Assembly (NCBI GenBank): GCA_963674745.2 | Contig: CAXXDV010000002.1 | Coordinates: 1-64,000 of the forward strand | Reading direction: 5' to 3' | Length of the DNA: 64,000 nucleotides | Source: Desulfosudaceae bacterium | GTDB taxonomy: Bacteria > Desulfobacterota > Desulfobacteria > Desulfobacterales > Desulfosudaceae | Shown here: positions 10,779 to 21,056 of the stretch, one piece after another | Layout: each line of letters starts with the position of its first letter | Numbering within the stretch: position 1 is the stretch's first letter | The notes under the pieces: generated by a model | Databases searched by the model: none | The model's input: the letters and a program-made list of their open reading frames with translations, nothing else | Told to the model about the DNA's origin: nothing | Program-made: the position numbers and the translations under genes

Positions 10779-12055
10779 CTGGATACTTCCTTTCTTTTGT
10801 CCGAAAGCGCATTTCTTAAATGTTCCACCAGATTGTCAATCGGCAGTTCTTCCTGATCTTTGGTCTGCATGTTACGTAAAATCACTTTGCCGCCGGCCAG
10901 TTCCGTTTCCCCGATAATTAATGTGCTGGCGGCTTTAAATTTATCCGCCTGTTTCATCTGGCTTTTTAAACTGCGCTCTTCAAAGCTCATTTCCGTCGAT
11001 ATTCCGGATATCTGCAAGTTGCTCAGCCAGCTAAAGGCTTTCTTCCGGCTCTCTTCGCCCAAAGCCGCGATAAAAAGGTCGATGCCGGGGGCATCCGGCC
11101 GGTCATTCTGTTGTTTCATCAGCTCGATCAGCCGTTCACATCCGATGGCAAAGCCGGCTGCCGGCTGGTCCGGACCACCCAGCAGCTTGACCAGCTCGTC
11201 ATATCGCCCACCGCCGGCAATGGCGTTCTGGGCCCCGAGGCTGCCGGTCTGCACTTCAAAAGTGGTCCGGGTATAATAATCCAGGCCCCGGACCAGACGG
11301 CTGTCCAGTTGATAATCGACTTTAAGCTCGTCAAGCAGTGTTCTGACAGCGGCAAAATGGTCTTGACAGTCCGGGCACAAACAAGCCGCGATGGACGGTG
11401 CATTGCTGGTGACCTGGCGGCAGGATTCCATTTTGCAATCCAGGACCCTTAAGGGGTTGCGGTCAAGTCGTTGCCGGCAGTCGTTACACAGGGTGTCGCG
11501 GTGATGTTCCAGAAAAGCGGACAGCTCTTTTTTAAATCCCGGGCGACATTGACCGCATCCCAGCGAATTGAGATGCACGGACACGTCATCGATTCTCAGC
11601 CGGTTGAAGAGTGTGCTGACCAGCAGGATAAGCTGGGCGTCAATGTAGGGCGCTTTGATTCCGAATACTTCCGCGTTGATCTGGTGGAATTGCCGGTAAC
11701 GCCCCTTCTGGGGCCGTTCCCTGCGAAACATGGGACCGATGGTGTAAAGCTTGCGGTAGGGATTGGCGGCGTATAACTGGTGCTGAATATAAGCACGGAC
11801 AACACAGGCGGTCGCCTCCGGACGTAATGTCACCAGGTCGCCTTTTCTATCGGAAAAGGTATACATCTCTTTTTCGACGATATCCGTTCCCTGGCCTATA
11901 CTTTTTTCAAAAAGGCCGGTTTTTTCGAGAATCGGGGGCCGCAGCTCGGCAAAACCGAAATGATCAAAAATTTCAGCCGCTAATGTTTCAACCTCCCGCC
12001 AATATCGGGACTCATCCGGCAGGATGTCTTTAAACCCTTTTATTAATTGAATCAT
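10775..12055 (-). CDS. hisS: Histidine-tRNA ligase
   Basis: LRPEATA, FRRERPQKGRYRQFHQ, LVRGLDYY, GGGRYD. Confidence 0.98.
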   Translation of the reverse strand: MIQLIKGFKDILPDESRYWREVETLAAEIFDHFGFAELRPPILEKTGLFEKSIGQGTDIVEKEMYTFSDRKGDLVTLRPEATACVVRAYIQHQLYAANPYRKLYTIGPMFRRERPQKGRYRQFHQINAEVFGIKAPYIDAQLILLVSTLFNRLRIDDVSVHLNSLGCGQCRPGFKKELSAFLEHHRDTLCNDCRQRLDRNPLRVLDCKMESCRQVTSNAPSIAACLCPDCQDHFAAVRTLLDELKVDYQLDSRLVRGLDYYTRTTFEVQTGSLGAQNAIAGGGRYDELVKLLGGPDQPAAGFAIGCERLIELMKQQNDRPDAPGIDLFIAALGEESRKKAFSWLSNLQISGISTEMSFEERSLKSQMKQADKFKAASTLIIGETELAGGKVILRNMQTKDQEELPIDNLVEHLRNALSDKRKEVSS

Positions 12056-12320
12056 TTTAGATGGTTAAGCTGACCAAAGGTTATGAGTATCCACTACTCT
12101 TAAAATTACCAAATTTATATGTCACCGGCTGTTTAGTCAATAGTTTAATCCTTGAGGCCCGTTTTTTGGTATGACATTTATTGACATGCGGCAGAATCGG
12201 TGCGACATTTGTTGTAATTGATTTTTACTGTGGATTTTTAGCACCTTAAACCGGAAAACGTCAAGTCGGCTTTCTGGACCTGATGTTTTGCCGCGGCTTA
12301 CTTTCAACAGGTTGAATAAA

Positions 12321-12989
12321 ATGAGAATACTGGTTGTTGATGATAACGCCGCCACATTGAAAATGCTCGAGACGCTGCTGGTCAAGTGGGGATATAAAGT
12401 CGATGTTGCTGAAGACGGGCGGGGTGCCTTAAAAATTATTGATTCTTCCGATCCTCCCCGGCTGATTCTGCTGGACTGGATGTTGCCGGAAATGGACGGT
12501 CTGGAGCTTTGTAAGACCATTCGTGCTTCGACCTCTGGTGCTGAAATCAGTTATATTATCCTTCTGACGGCCAAGGCAGAAAAGAAAGATGTTGTGGCCG
12601 GTCTGCAGGCGGGGGCGGATGATTACATTGTCAAGCCGTTTAATTCCGATGAGCTGCGGGTGAGGGTCAGTGCAGGCAAGCGGATTATTGAGTTGCAGGA
12701 CGCCCTTGACCGGCGGGGTAAAATTCAGGGCGTACTTGAAATGGCCGGGGCGGTCTGTCATGAAATGAACCAGCCATTACAGGCGATTACCGGGTACCTG
12801 GACCTGTTGATGATGGAAGAGGACAATCACAGCCCGCTCTATGAACGGTTGCAACTCATGAAAAACCAGATTGATCGCATGGGGCTGATTACCCGCCAGC
12901 TGATGCGTATTACGACCTATGAAACCCGGGAATACACCCAGGGCACTAAAATTATTGATATCGAGAAGTCTGCTCCCGGGGATGACTGA
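12321..12989 (+). CDS. Response regulator: receiver domain plus HisKA-like dimerisation/phosphoacceptor helix, no HATPase domain
   Basis: ILVVDD, LLDWMLPEMDG, KPF, followed by AVCHEMNQPL H-box; the protein ends without N/G boxes. Confidence 0.85.
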   Translation: MRILVVDDNAATLKMLETLLVKWGYKVDVAEDGRGALKIIDSSDPPRLILLDWMLPEMDGLELCKTIRASTSGAEISYIILLTAKAEKKDVVAGLQAGADDYIVKPFNSDELRVRVSAGKRIIELQDALDRRGKIQGVLEMAGAVCHEMNQPLQAITGYLDLLMMEEDNHSPLYERLQLMKNQIDRMGLITRQLMRITTYETREYTQGTKIIDIEKSAPGDD

Positions 12990-12996
12990 CCCCAAA

Positions 12997-13278
12997 TCAG
13001 GTTTTGAAAAACATGCCGATGATGATAAAGACCAGTCCGATGGCCAGCATCAGCAAAGAGATATGCGTGGTGGCGATGAAGTTGGCCGCGGGATGCAATT
13101 GGACCCAGGGTATTGAGTCGATCCAGTCAAGGCCGAAAATTCCTTCAATGGTAAATATGTCGAATGTATTGGTATCCAAAGATTTATAATCTTTTGGCAC
13201 AACGTTCGAAATCTTTTCAAAAAACCAGTAAATTGCGGCACAGATCCAGATGATGATGCCGATAACTGAATATTTCAT
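12997..13278 (-). CDS. Hypothetical two-TM membrane protein
   Basis: GAGGAG RBS upstream; hydrophobic N- and C-terminal helices. Confidence 0.75.
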   Translation of the reverse strand: MKYSVIGIIIWICAAIYWFFEKISNVVPKDYKSLDTNTFDIFTIEGIFGLDWIDSIPWVQLHPAANFIATTHISLLMLAIGLVFIIIGMFFKT

Positions 13279-13482
13279 TTCAACTCCTCAAAAATGATGA
13301 ATATCAAGTAATCAATCGTAAATTACGATACTAAATATTATGTAAAAAGTCAAACACTTTTCCTGACCTGAACATTTCATACTTTTTAAGATTAACGCGT
13401 TTTTATTTATGAATTATTTTGACGACAGTATCCCAACCTGCAACAACACAAATGCGGCTGAATTGATTCGTGAAATATTGGG

Positions 13483-14598
13483 TTAGGCGGGATCGGGCCG
13501 TTTTTCGGGAAAGAGCCGCCACACATCTTCCCGGTTTGCTTTGCAGAGGCCCCGTTCCGTTATAAAGCCGGTGACCAGTCTGGCCGGCGTTACGTCAAAA
13601 GCATAATTGGCCGCCGGGCTGTCGTCCGGGACCAGTAATACCTGTCGTAGTTGACCGTCGTTTAATCCCTGAATAAAACGTACTTCGTCGGGGTCCCGTT
13701 CCTCGATGGGGATCTGGGCCAGTCCGTCCTCCATTTTCCAGTCAAAGGTGCTCGAGGGCAGGGCCACATAAAAGGGAATGTCGTTGTCCCTGGCGGCCAG
13801 TGCTTTTAAGTAAGTGCCGATTTTGTTGGCCACATCGCCGGTATGGGTGGTGCGGTCGGTTCCGACGATCACCATATCGACCAGGCCATGCTGCATCAGG
13901 TGACCGCCGGCGTTGTCGGTGATAACGGTATGGGGAATGCCGTGCCGCCCCAGTTCCCAAGCCGTCAGGCGGGCCCCCTGATTCAGGGGGCGGGTTTCAT
14001 CGACCCAGACATGGACGTCTATTTTGTTGTCAAAAGCCGTGTATATGGGCGCGGTGGCCGTACCGTATTCAACGCAGGCCAGCCAGCCGGCATTACAGTG
14101 GGTAAGGATGTTCACGCATTGGCCGCCTTTGTCCCGGCTGATCTGCTCAATCAGCGGCAGGCCGTGCCGGCCGATCAGGCGGCAGTTTTCCGCTTCTTCA
14201 TCGGCGATCGTCCGGGCTTCTTCCCTGGCCGCCCGGCAGCGTTCCGCGATGGTTCCGGCGGTCAGGGTTTTCTTCATCACCCGGTCGACCCCCCAGACCA
14301 GATTAACGGCTGTGGGGCGGGCTTTTTTCAACCGTTCACATTCCCGGCTGAAATCTTTTTCAAAGTCGGATTCATGAGCGTTGATAGCGGCCAGGTAGGC
14401 GCCGAAGGCACCCGTAGCGCCGATCAAGGGGGCGCCCCTGACCATCATGTCCACGATGGCATGAATGACATGGTCAACCGTCGTCAGGTCGACAACCTTG
14501 AACTCATGCGGCAACAGGCGCTGATCAATTATCTGTACGATTTTTTCATCTTCGGCCAACCATATCGGGCGCTGAGGGGAAGTCCGGGTGTCTGCCAT
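13483..14598 (-). CDS. mtnA: S-methyl-5-thioribose-1-phosphate isomerase
   Basis: DQRLLP, VRGAPLIG, RPTAVNL, THCNAGWLA, DETRP, ANKIGTY, AFDVTP. Confidence 0.95.
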   Translation of the reverse strand: MADTRTSPQRPIWLAEDEKIVQIIDQRLLPHEFKVVDLTTVDHVIHAIVDMMVRGAPLIGATGAFGAYLAAINAHESDFEKDFSRECERLKKARPTAVNLVWGVDRVMKKTLTAGTIAERCRAAREEARTIADEEAENCRLIGRHGLPLIEQISRDKGGQCVNILTHCNAGWLACVEYGTATAPIYTAFDNKIDVHVWVDETRPLNQGARLTAWELGRHGIPHTVITDNAGGHLMQHGLVDMVIVGTDRTTHTGDVANKIGTYLKALAARDNDIPFYVALPSSTFDWKMEDGLAQIPIEERDPDEVRFIQGLNDGQLRQVLLVPDDSPAANYAFDVTPARLVTGFITERGLCKANREDVWRLFPEKRPDPA

Positions 14599-14817
14599 TT
14601 GTTAATCCTCCAGTGGTCATGGTAAAATATTTTTTTGCATCATAATCGCTTGACACAAGTGGTGCAAACAAAATTCTTCAGCCTTATACATGACTGGGTG
14701 GCTGACCTTTATCATATCCTGATTGACACCACAAAACCAGTCGTCTATAATTTTAAATATACAAGAAATGTTGGATATAATTATTGATTTTATGACCGGT
14801 TCCCTTCGGCAGCCAGG

Positions 14818-16599
14818 ATGCACAAAACGGTACTCCGGATGAAGAAAATTAAACAGATACCTTTTAAAGCCGTGTTGTTAAACATGATCAACCGGATATC
14901 CAGGAATCCTTCCAAAAAACAAATGGCTATAGGGCAGGTGCTCAAAAATAAAGAGATTATTTCCGAACAACAGCTTGAACAGGCACTAAAAACACAGGAG
15001 GAGAGGCTGCTTGATAACGGAGAAGTCGTGCCGCTGGGGATGGTTATCGTAGATCTCGGTTATGCTACGGAGGAAACGGTCGTCTCGGCCATTAACGAGC
15101 ATTACCGGTTGTCGGTATCCTCTCTGTCCGACAATATCAGGGATCTGGTTTGGAAAGTACGGGGAAGTTTTGTCGAACGGCTGCCCAGACCGAGTACACC
15201 CATTTGGGTTCAGCTTTCTGTTACCATTATGCTGGTCATCGTGTTGACGGCGGTGACCATGGATTTTTTTATCCTCAATCGTCAGAAAGAACAATTGTAT
15301 AACCGGACACTTAAAATCGGGCTGGTGAGTCTGAATTATTTTGATAACAACGCCAAGATCCCCCTGCTCAAGGACAACCTGCTGCAGTTGAACGGTTTGC
15401 TGAAAAATGCCGCTCATGTGGAGGGCATCGTTTACGCCTTTATTACCGGTAACCATAACAAAATCAAGGCACATACCGACCTTAATATGATCGGTGAAGA
15501 AGCGCCTGAATTTAAAAAAATTGAAAACGTTCGGCGAAAAGGGGATGATCGTTATTTCACGCACAAAATGCCGAACGGAAGACGTGTCCTGAATATCTGC
15601 CGGCCGATTATGTTTCAGGATGTCAAGCTGGGCGTTGTGCATGTAGGCGTTTCCATAGATTTCATTCAGGAATTGATCGATAAAGAACGGATGACGTTGT
15701 TTTTTACCACACTTGTTATCGTTGTGTTCGGTATCGTCCTGTCTCTGCTGATGGGGTTTCGATATTCCCTGCCGATCAAGAAGCTGGTCATGGCGACCCA
15801 CGAAATCAGTCGTGGTAATTATCGCCACAAAGTCAACCTGAACCGCAAGGATGAACTGGGAAACCTGAGCCGGGCGTTTAACCGGATGGGGGATGAGTTG
15901 TGGCGCAAAAGCATGATGGAAGAATCATTCGGCAAGTATGTCGGCAGCGATGTACTGGAGCTGATCATGACTGATCCTCAGCGGGCCTGGTTAAAAGGGG
16001 ATCGTAATGAGGCCACCATTTTATTCGCTGATATCCGGGGTTTTACCGCTTTTTCGGATGAGCGGCAACCGGAGCAGGTAATTGATATGCTCAATGAATT
16101 TTTTGAAATTGTTTCCCGGGTGATGATCAGTTTCGGCGGATATGTGGACAAATTTATGGGGGATGCCGTGATGGGCGTGTTCGGCGTGCCCGTTTTCCGC
16201 AAGAACCATGTGGAAAGAGGTTTGCGGGCGGCGCTGGAAATTCAGTCGGAGTTGCAAAAAGTCGGTAAAGATGGTAATACGCTGTTGTCGTCGGTCGGTA
16301 TTGGGATCGATACAGGAGTTATTGTATCGGGTAATATCGGCTCGCAGGATAAGATGGAATACACCGTGATCGGTGGAAATGTGAATGCGGCCTCCCGTTT
16401 CTGTGACATGGCTGCTGCCGGAGAAATTATTATCGGAAGAAACGTTTACGCAAAGTTAAGAAACCTGGTTACCGTGGAAGCACAGCCTGCCAGAGTCATC
16501 AAAGGCTTTTCCGATCCGGTTGAAACTTATAAAGTGCTTGGCCTGGTTTCGGAGCAGGCTGAAAAGTCGTCTTCGGGGTTCACAGAACTTGAGAATTGA
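14818..16599 (+). CDS. Membrane class III adenylate/guanylate cyclase with MshEN-like N-terminus, periplasmic domain and HAMP
   Basis: LFADIRGFT, DKFMGDAVM, EYTVIGGNVNAASR (K suggests ATP specificity); two TM helices; DELGNLSRAFNRM HAMP. Start codon uncertain (14818-14923). Confidence 0.9.
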   Translation: MHKTVLRMKKIKQIPFKAVLLNMINRISRNPSKKQMAIGQVLKNKEIISEQQLEQALKTQEERLLDNGEVVPLGMVIVDLGYATEETVVSAINEHYRLSVSSLSDNIRDLVWKVRGSFVERLPRPSTPIWVQLSVTIMLVIVLTAVTMDFFILNRQKEQLYNRTLKIGLVSLNYFDNNAKIPLLKDNLLQLNGLLKNAAHVEGIVYAFITGNHNKIKAHTDLNMIGEEAPEFKKIENVRRKGDDRYFTHKMPNGRRVLNICRPIMFQDVKLGVVHVGVSIDFIQELIDKERMTLFFTTLVIVVFGIVLSLLMGFRYSLPIKKLVMATHEISRGNYRHKVNLNRKDELGNLSRAFNRMGDELWRKSMMEESFGKYVGSDVLELIMTDPQRAWLKGDRNEATILFADIRGFTAFSDERQPEQVIDMLNEFFEIVSRVMISFGGYVDKFMGDAVMGVFGVPVFRKNHVERGLRAALEIQSELQKVGKDGNTLLSSVGIGIDTGVIVSGNIGSQDKMEYTVIGGNVNAASRFCDMAAAGEIIIGRNVYAKLRNLVTVEAQPARVIKGFSDPVETYKVLGLVSEQAEKSSSGFTELEN

Positions 16600-16640
16600 C
16601 CTGAAAACGAATCGCAGATGAAAGGCTCTTGTCCCAGAGA

Positions 16641-17282
16641 ATGAAATATATCGCTACTTACGGTCTGATCCTGGCGGTTGTCATGATCAGCGGCTGTCCG
16701 AGTAATATCTTCTCTACTCGCCCTCCGGAACGTCCCCGGAGGGGGGAAACCACCAATGTTGAAACGGTCAAACAGCCGCTGTATAAGAAGCCGGATTTTA
16801 AGGCTGAAAAAAAAGAGCCCGGGATCAACCCGGTTGATGCCAGGCTTGCCCTGGCCCGGACGTATATTGATGAAAATAAATACAATAAAATACCGCCCAT
16901 TTTAGAAGAAATCAACCAGATGGAGCCGACCAACAGGGAAGCGGCTGAGCTGGCCAACCAGGTTTATTATCGAATCGGGCTGGATTTTTATAAGAACCGG
17001 GAATATGTCGCTTCCAGAGATGCCTTGAGCCGGGTTGCGCCGGACTATAAAAATGCGAAATCTTTGCTGGCATCAGTCGGATTGATTATTGATCAGCTGG
17101 CTGACGCCCATTACAAAAAGGGTGTTAAATATTTTATCAATGAAGAGCTGGAAAGTGCTATCAGGGAGTGGGAAAAAGTTCTGTCTTTGAACCCCGGGCA
17201 CCAGAAGGCGGCTGAGGATATTGAAAACGCCAGACAATTACTTAATAAGATAAAAAAAATCAATCAACAACCGAAACCGTGA
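16641..17282 (+). CDS. TPR-repeat lipoprotein
   Basis: Signal peptide ending in lipobox ISGC; TPR helices (HYKKGVKYF..AIREWEKVLSLNPGH). Confidence 0.8.
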   Translation: MKYIATYGLILAVVMISGCPSNIFSTRPPERPRRGETTNVETVKQPLYKKPDFKAEKKEPGINPVDARLALARTYIDENKYNKIPPILEEINQMEPTNREAAELANQVYYRIGLDFYKNREYVASRDALSRVAPDYKNAKSLLASVGLIIDQLADAHYKKGVKYFINEELESAIREWEKVLSLNPGHQKAAEDIENARQLLNKIKKINQQPKP

Positions 17283-17313
17283 AATGGCCAGGGGACGGTA
17301 AAGGGGGACGGAC

Positions 17314-17592
17314 GTGATACAAAACAAGTTATTCTGGCAGGGACAGATGGGTGGCGCGGTAGCCGGCTGGGTTTTTATTTTCTGGGGTGCGCTGTCACCG
17401 TTTTCGGGAGTGGTGAATTTGATCTGGTGGATCGTGATGCTGCTCTGGGCGCTGGGCCACCCCCTGGAATTGACCATGTCGCTTCCCGTAGGCAAGCGGG
17501 CCGGCCTTTCCCTGCAACGAACCATTGCCATGACGCTTGTTTTCGGCATTACCTGGTGGATACCCTTGAAAATGGGCGTGTTTGAAAGATAA
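17314..17592 (+). CDS. Small three-TM hypothetical protein
   Basis: Trp-rich hydrophobic ORF with purine-rich RBS; HPLEL and FGITWWIPLK motifs. Confidence 0.7.
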   Translation: MIQNKLFWQGQMGGAVAGWVFIFWGALSPFSGVVNLIWWIVMLLWALGHPLELTMSLPVGKRAGLSLQRTIAMTLVFGITWWIPLKMGVFER

Positions 17593-17662
17593 CAGCCGAC
17601 CGGCTTCTGATTGATAAGCGTCAGTCAGGGCAGCGCCCAAAAAACATTTGAAAACGACGGGG

Positions 17663-17700
17663 AGGATTCAAGGGTTCAAGGACCCAAGGGGTCAAGTGAA
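17663..17700 (+). repeat. Intergenic tandem 8-nt repeat, 4 units (GGATTCAA GGGTTCAA GGACCCAA GGGGTCAA GTGAA)
   Basis: Read directly; a related copy lies at 3773-3794. Confidence 0.75.
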
Positions 17701-17714
17701 CATCTATCTTTATT

Positions 17715-18482
17715 ATGGGGCTAAAAAACACAGGTGTAACTGCACCACACATCCAAAAAGTAACGATCCATTCGGATAAGTTTCCGGTTACAAATCAGTA
17801 TCCTTTTAATCTTGAATTGCTTCACGCCACCAGTGAGATTCATCTGATATCGCCGGTTACTTTTCTTGTCGGGGAAAACGGGACCGGAAAATCCACCTTC
17901 TTAGAAGCGCTTTCCAGAGCGTGCCGGATCCACATCTGGGAAGGTGAACAGCGCGCCAGACTGCATGGTAATCCTTATGAAAAACGGCTCTATACCTGCC
18001 TGCAGGTAAAATGGACCAACGGGCCGGTGCCCGGATCCTATTTTGCTTCGGAAACGTTCAAACATTTTTCTCAAATGGTGGATGAATGGGCGGTGACCGA
18101 CCCGGGCGCGTTATCGCATTTCGGCAGCAAATCTCTGGTCGAACAATCCCACGGCCAGAGCCACATGGCTTTTTTCAGGAACCGGTATGGGATCAAAGGG
18201 TTATATTTTTTGGATGAACCGGAAAATGCGCTTTCCCCGGCCAGGCAGCTTGAATTGGTCCAGATCCTCCATGCCGCCGGAAGTGGCGGCCATGCCCAGT
18301 TTGTTATCGCCACTCACTCGCCGTTACTGCTGTCACTGCCGGGGGCGAGAATACTCAGCTTTGATGGTTCGCCTGTGTCCGAAATCAAATACCGTGATAC
18401 GGCGCATTATCAAGTGTACAGAGATTTTTTCAGAACAATGGAAGCCCGATCCTCCGAAAGAACCGGACTGGACGAAAGCTGA
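17715..18482 (+). CDS. Stand-alone ABC-type ATPase (AAA_21/COG3910-like)
   Basis: GENGTGKST, QSHGQS, LYFLDEPENALSP, IATHSP. Confidence 0.9.
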   Translation: MGLKNTGVTAPHIQKVTIHSDKFPVTNQYPFNLELLHATSEIHLISPVTFLVGENGTGKSTFLEALSRACRIHIWEGEQRARLHGNPYEKRLYTCLQVKWTNGPVPGSYFASETFKHFSQMVDEWAVTDPGALSHFGSKSLVEQSHGQSHMAFFRNRYGIKGLYFLDEPENALSPARQLELVQILHAAGSGGHAQFVIATHSPLLLSLPGARILSFDGSPVSEIKYRDTAHYQVYRDFFRTMEARSSERTGLDES

Positions 18483-18488
18483 GCAACG

Positions 18489-20720
18489 ATGGCCGTTAAA
18501 GAAAATCCGTCAGCGACATTATCTTTTAAAGGACAGGTCGAACGGATTACGTATGCTGATCCGGAGAGCGGCTTTACCGTGGTCCGGATGAAAGTGCACG
18601 GCAGACGGGAACTGGTGACCGTGGTCGGGGGGTTTGCCGCTGTATCGCCGGGAGAGGTTCTTTGCATGCAGGGAGAGTGGGCTGTTCATCCCAAGTTCGG
18701 CAAACAGTTCCAGGTGTCCGCTTATCATACCGAGGTGCCGGCAACGGTGGACGGGATCAGAAAATATCTGGGGTCCGGCTTGATCGCCGGGATCGGGCCC
18801 GTCATGGCCGAACGCATCACGCGCATGTTCGGCAGAAAAACCATGGATATCATGGAATCGGATATCATGCAGTTGCGGCGGGTGGAAGGGATCGGCGATA
18901 AGCGGATCGCCATGATCAAATCCGCCTGGGACGAACAGAAAGGCGTTCGTGACGTGATGCTGTTTCTGCAGAGCCACGGCGTCACTACCGGTTATGCCAT
19001 TAAGATCGTAAAAACCTATGGCGCTGATGCCATTGAGGTGGTGACGGCTTCCCCCTATCGCCTGGCCAACGATATCACCGGTATCGGATTTGTGATCGCC
19101 GATAAAATCGCCAGAAAGCTCGGGTTTGCCAAAGACTGCGCTTCCCGCATAACGGCCGGCGTGCTTTACGTGTTAAGCCAGCTGGCCGGAGACGGGCATG
19201 TCTATTATCCTTACAAAAAGCTGGTGGCAGAAAGCATGGCGCTGCTGGAAGTCGATCAGGCGGTCGTGGCTGACGCGCTTGCTCACCTGGCTGAGGCCAG
19301 GGAAATATTTATCGATAAACCGGGGGCTCCCGGTGAAAATGACCGGCAAGACAATCCGCCGGTTTACCTTACACGCCTTTACAGATGTGAGACGGGCGTG
19401 GCGACCTTTCTTAACGAATTGAGAAAAAGTCAAAGAATTACCAGGAAAATTGATGCCGGCAAGGCGGTGGAATGGGCCCAACAGGAACTGGCCATGGTTT
19501 TTGCCGATAAGCAGATTGAAGCGGTGAAAAAATCCTGTCAGGACAAGGTCCTGGTAATCACGGGCGGACCGGGTACCGGTAAAACAACCATTGTAAAAGC
19601 CATCGTGAAAATATTTCTGGCTTTAAAAGCCAGGCCCATGCTGGCCGCGCCGACCGGACGGGCGGCTAAAAAAATGAAAGAAGCAACCGGCCATGAAGCT
19701 AAAACCATTCATCGTCTGCTGGAATTCAGCATGGCCAAAGGCGGGTTTCAACGCAACGGCCAAAGGCCGTTGAACTGCGATTTGCTGATTATTGATGAAA
19801 CGTCCATGGTGGACACGGTGTTGATGCATTCCCTGTTAAAAGCCGTTCCGTCTTCGGCGGTTCTGATCCTGGTGGGAGACGTCAACCAGTTGCCGTCAGT
19901 GGGAACAGGAAATGTGCTCAGGGACATCATTGACTCCGATGCGGTCCCGGTGGTTGCTTTGAACGAAATTTTCCGGCAGGCGAGTAAAAGCCGGATCATC
20001 GTCAATGCGCATAAGATTATCAGCGGTGTTATCCCGGAAACGCGTCATCATGACACCGACGGCGACTTTTTTTTCATACAGGAATCAGATCCGGAAAAAG
20101 TGCTGGAATTGATTACGACCCTGGTGTCGGAGCGGATTCCCCGGCGATTCGGTTTTGATCCTTTTGATGATATCCAGGTTTTAAGCCCCATGCACAAAGG
20201 CGTTGTCGGAACGGCCAATCTTAATCGCCGTCTCCAGGCGGTCTTAAACCCGCCAAAAGGCAACACGATCGGCGGTGGGGACGGTTTTTCCCTGCATGAC
20301 AAGGTCATGCAGATCCGTAACAATTATGATAAAGAAGTCTTTAATGGTGATACCGGCCGTATTGCGGGGATTGATCATGATGCCCGGGAAGTATTCATTG
20401 ACTTTGACGAAAGACAGGTGGCGTACAGTTTTTCCGAACTGGATGAACTGGTCCTGGCTTATGCCATTTCCGTTCATAAATCTCAAGGGTCCGAATATCC
20501 GGCGGTGGTTATGCCCATGATGACACAGCATTATATGCTTCTGGCCCGGAACCTTGTTTATACGGCGGTAACCCGCGGACGCAGTCTGGTGGTGATGGTG
20601 GGCACGGTCAAGGCGCTGGCCATCGGGATTAATAACCATAAAACCGCTTTAAGGCATACCGGGCTTCGGCAACGGCTGGTCGAATTGAAACAAGGCAAAT
20701 CAATCCCGCCTGCTGACTAA
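18489..20720 (+). CDS. recD2: ATP-dependent RecD2-like DNA helicase
   Basis: N-terminal OB/HhH region, TGGPGTGKTT, APTGRAAK, DETSMVD, GDVNQLPSVG, HKSQGSEY. Confidence 0.95.
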   Translation: MAVKENPSATLSFKGQVERITYADPESGFTVVRMKVHGRRELVTVVGGFAAVSPGEVLCMQGEWAVHPKFGKQFQVSAYHTEVPATVDGIRKYLGSGLIAGIGPVMAERITRMFGRKTMDIMESDIMQLRRVEGIGDKRIAMIKSAWDEQKGVRDVMLFLQSHGVTTGYAIKIVKTYGADAIEVVTASPYRLANDITGIGFVIADKIARKLGFAKDCASRITAGVLYVLSQLAGDGHVYYPYKKLVAESMALLEVDQAVVADALAHLAEAREIFIDKPGAPGENDRQDNPPVYLTRLYRCETGVATFLNELRKSQRITRKIDAGKAVEWAQQELAMVFADKQIEAVKKSCQDKVLVITGGPGTGKTTIVKAIVKIFLALKARPMLAAPTGRAAKKMKEATGHEAKTIHRLLEFSMAKGGFQRNGQRPLNCDLLIIDETSMVDTVLMHSLLKAVPSSAVLILVGDVNQLPSVGTGNVLRDIIDSDAVPVVALNEIFRQASKSRIIVNAHKIISGVIPETRHHDTDGDFFFIQESDPEKVLELITTLVSERIPRRFGFDPFDDIQVLSPMHKGVVGTANLNRRLQAVLNPPKGNTIGGGDGFSLHDKVMQIRNNYDKEVFNGDTGRIAGIDHDAREVFIDFDERQVAYSFSELDELVLAYAISVHKSQGSEYPAVVMPMMTQHYMLLARNLVYTAVTRGRSLVVMVGTVKALAIGINNHKTALRHTGLRQRLVELKQGKSIPPAD

Positions 20721-20737
20721 AGCGGGTGATGGGGACA

Positions 20738-20947
20738 TCAGTTTGACCGTTCTGTTTTTTCCTTGATGGATGAAACGATTTTGACTTCTTCAGGTGGTTT
20801 TTTCATGGCATTGTGAAGCATGTCAAACAGGAATGCCGTTATCAGGCATATCAACAGGACCATAAGCTGGGTGTTGCCTTTAAAACGAAACAGCGCGTAA
20901 AAGCAAAAAATACACAGGAACAGTTCAAACAGTAAATACATTCGCAT
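20738..20947 (-). CDS. Small two-TM hypothetical protein
   Basis: GGAGGT RBS before ATG 20947; two hydrophobic helices and a charged tail. Confidence 0.6.
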   Translation of the reverse strand: MRMYLLFELFLCIFCFYALFRFKGNTQLMVLLICLITAFLFDMLHNAMKKPPEEVKIVSSIKEKTERSN

Positions 20948-21056
20948 GCCGTCACCTCCGATATTCATATTTTTAGGGTGATATTATACCATAAATCCGG
21001 TGAATTGTAAATATAATGATTGGCGGCAGGGGGCTTACGATAATAAAGAATAATCA

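Noticed and set aside
17663..17700. CRISPR or mini-array
   Set aside because: Units are 8 nt with no spacers, and no cas genes are in the window
17715..20720. ABC ATPase plus RecD2 as an anti-phage defence pair (Gabija/Septu-like)
   Set aside because: The ATPase is a short stand-alone type without a TOPRIM or HNH partner, and RecD2 looks like the ordinary housekeeping form
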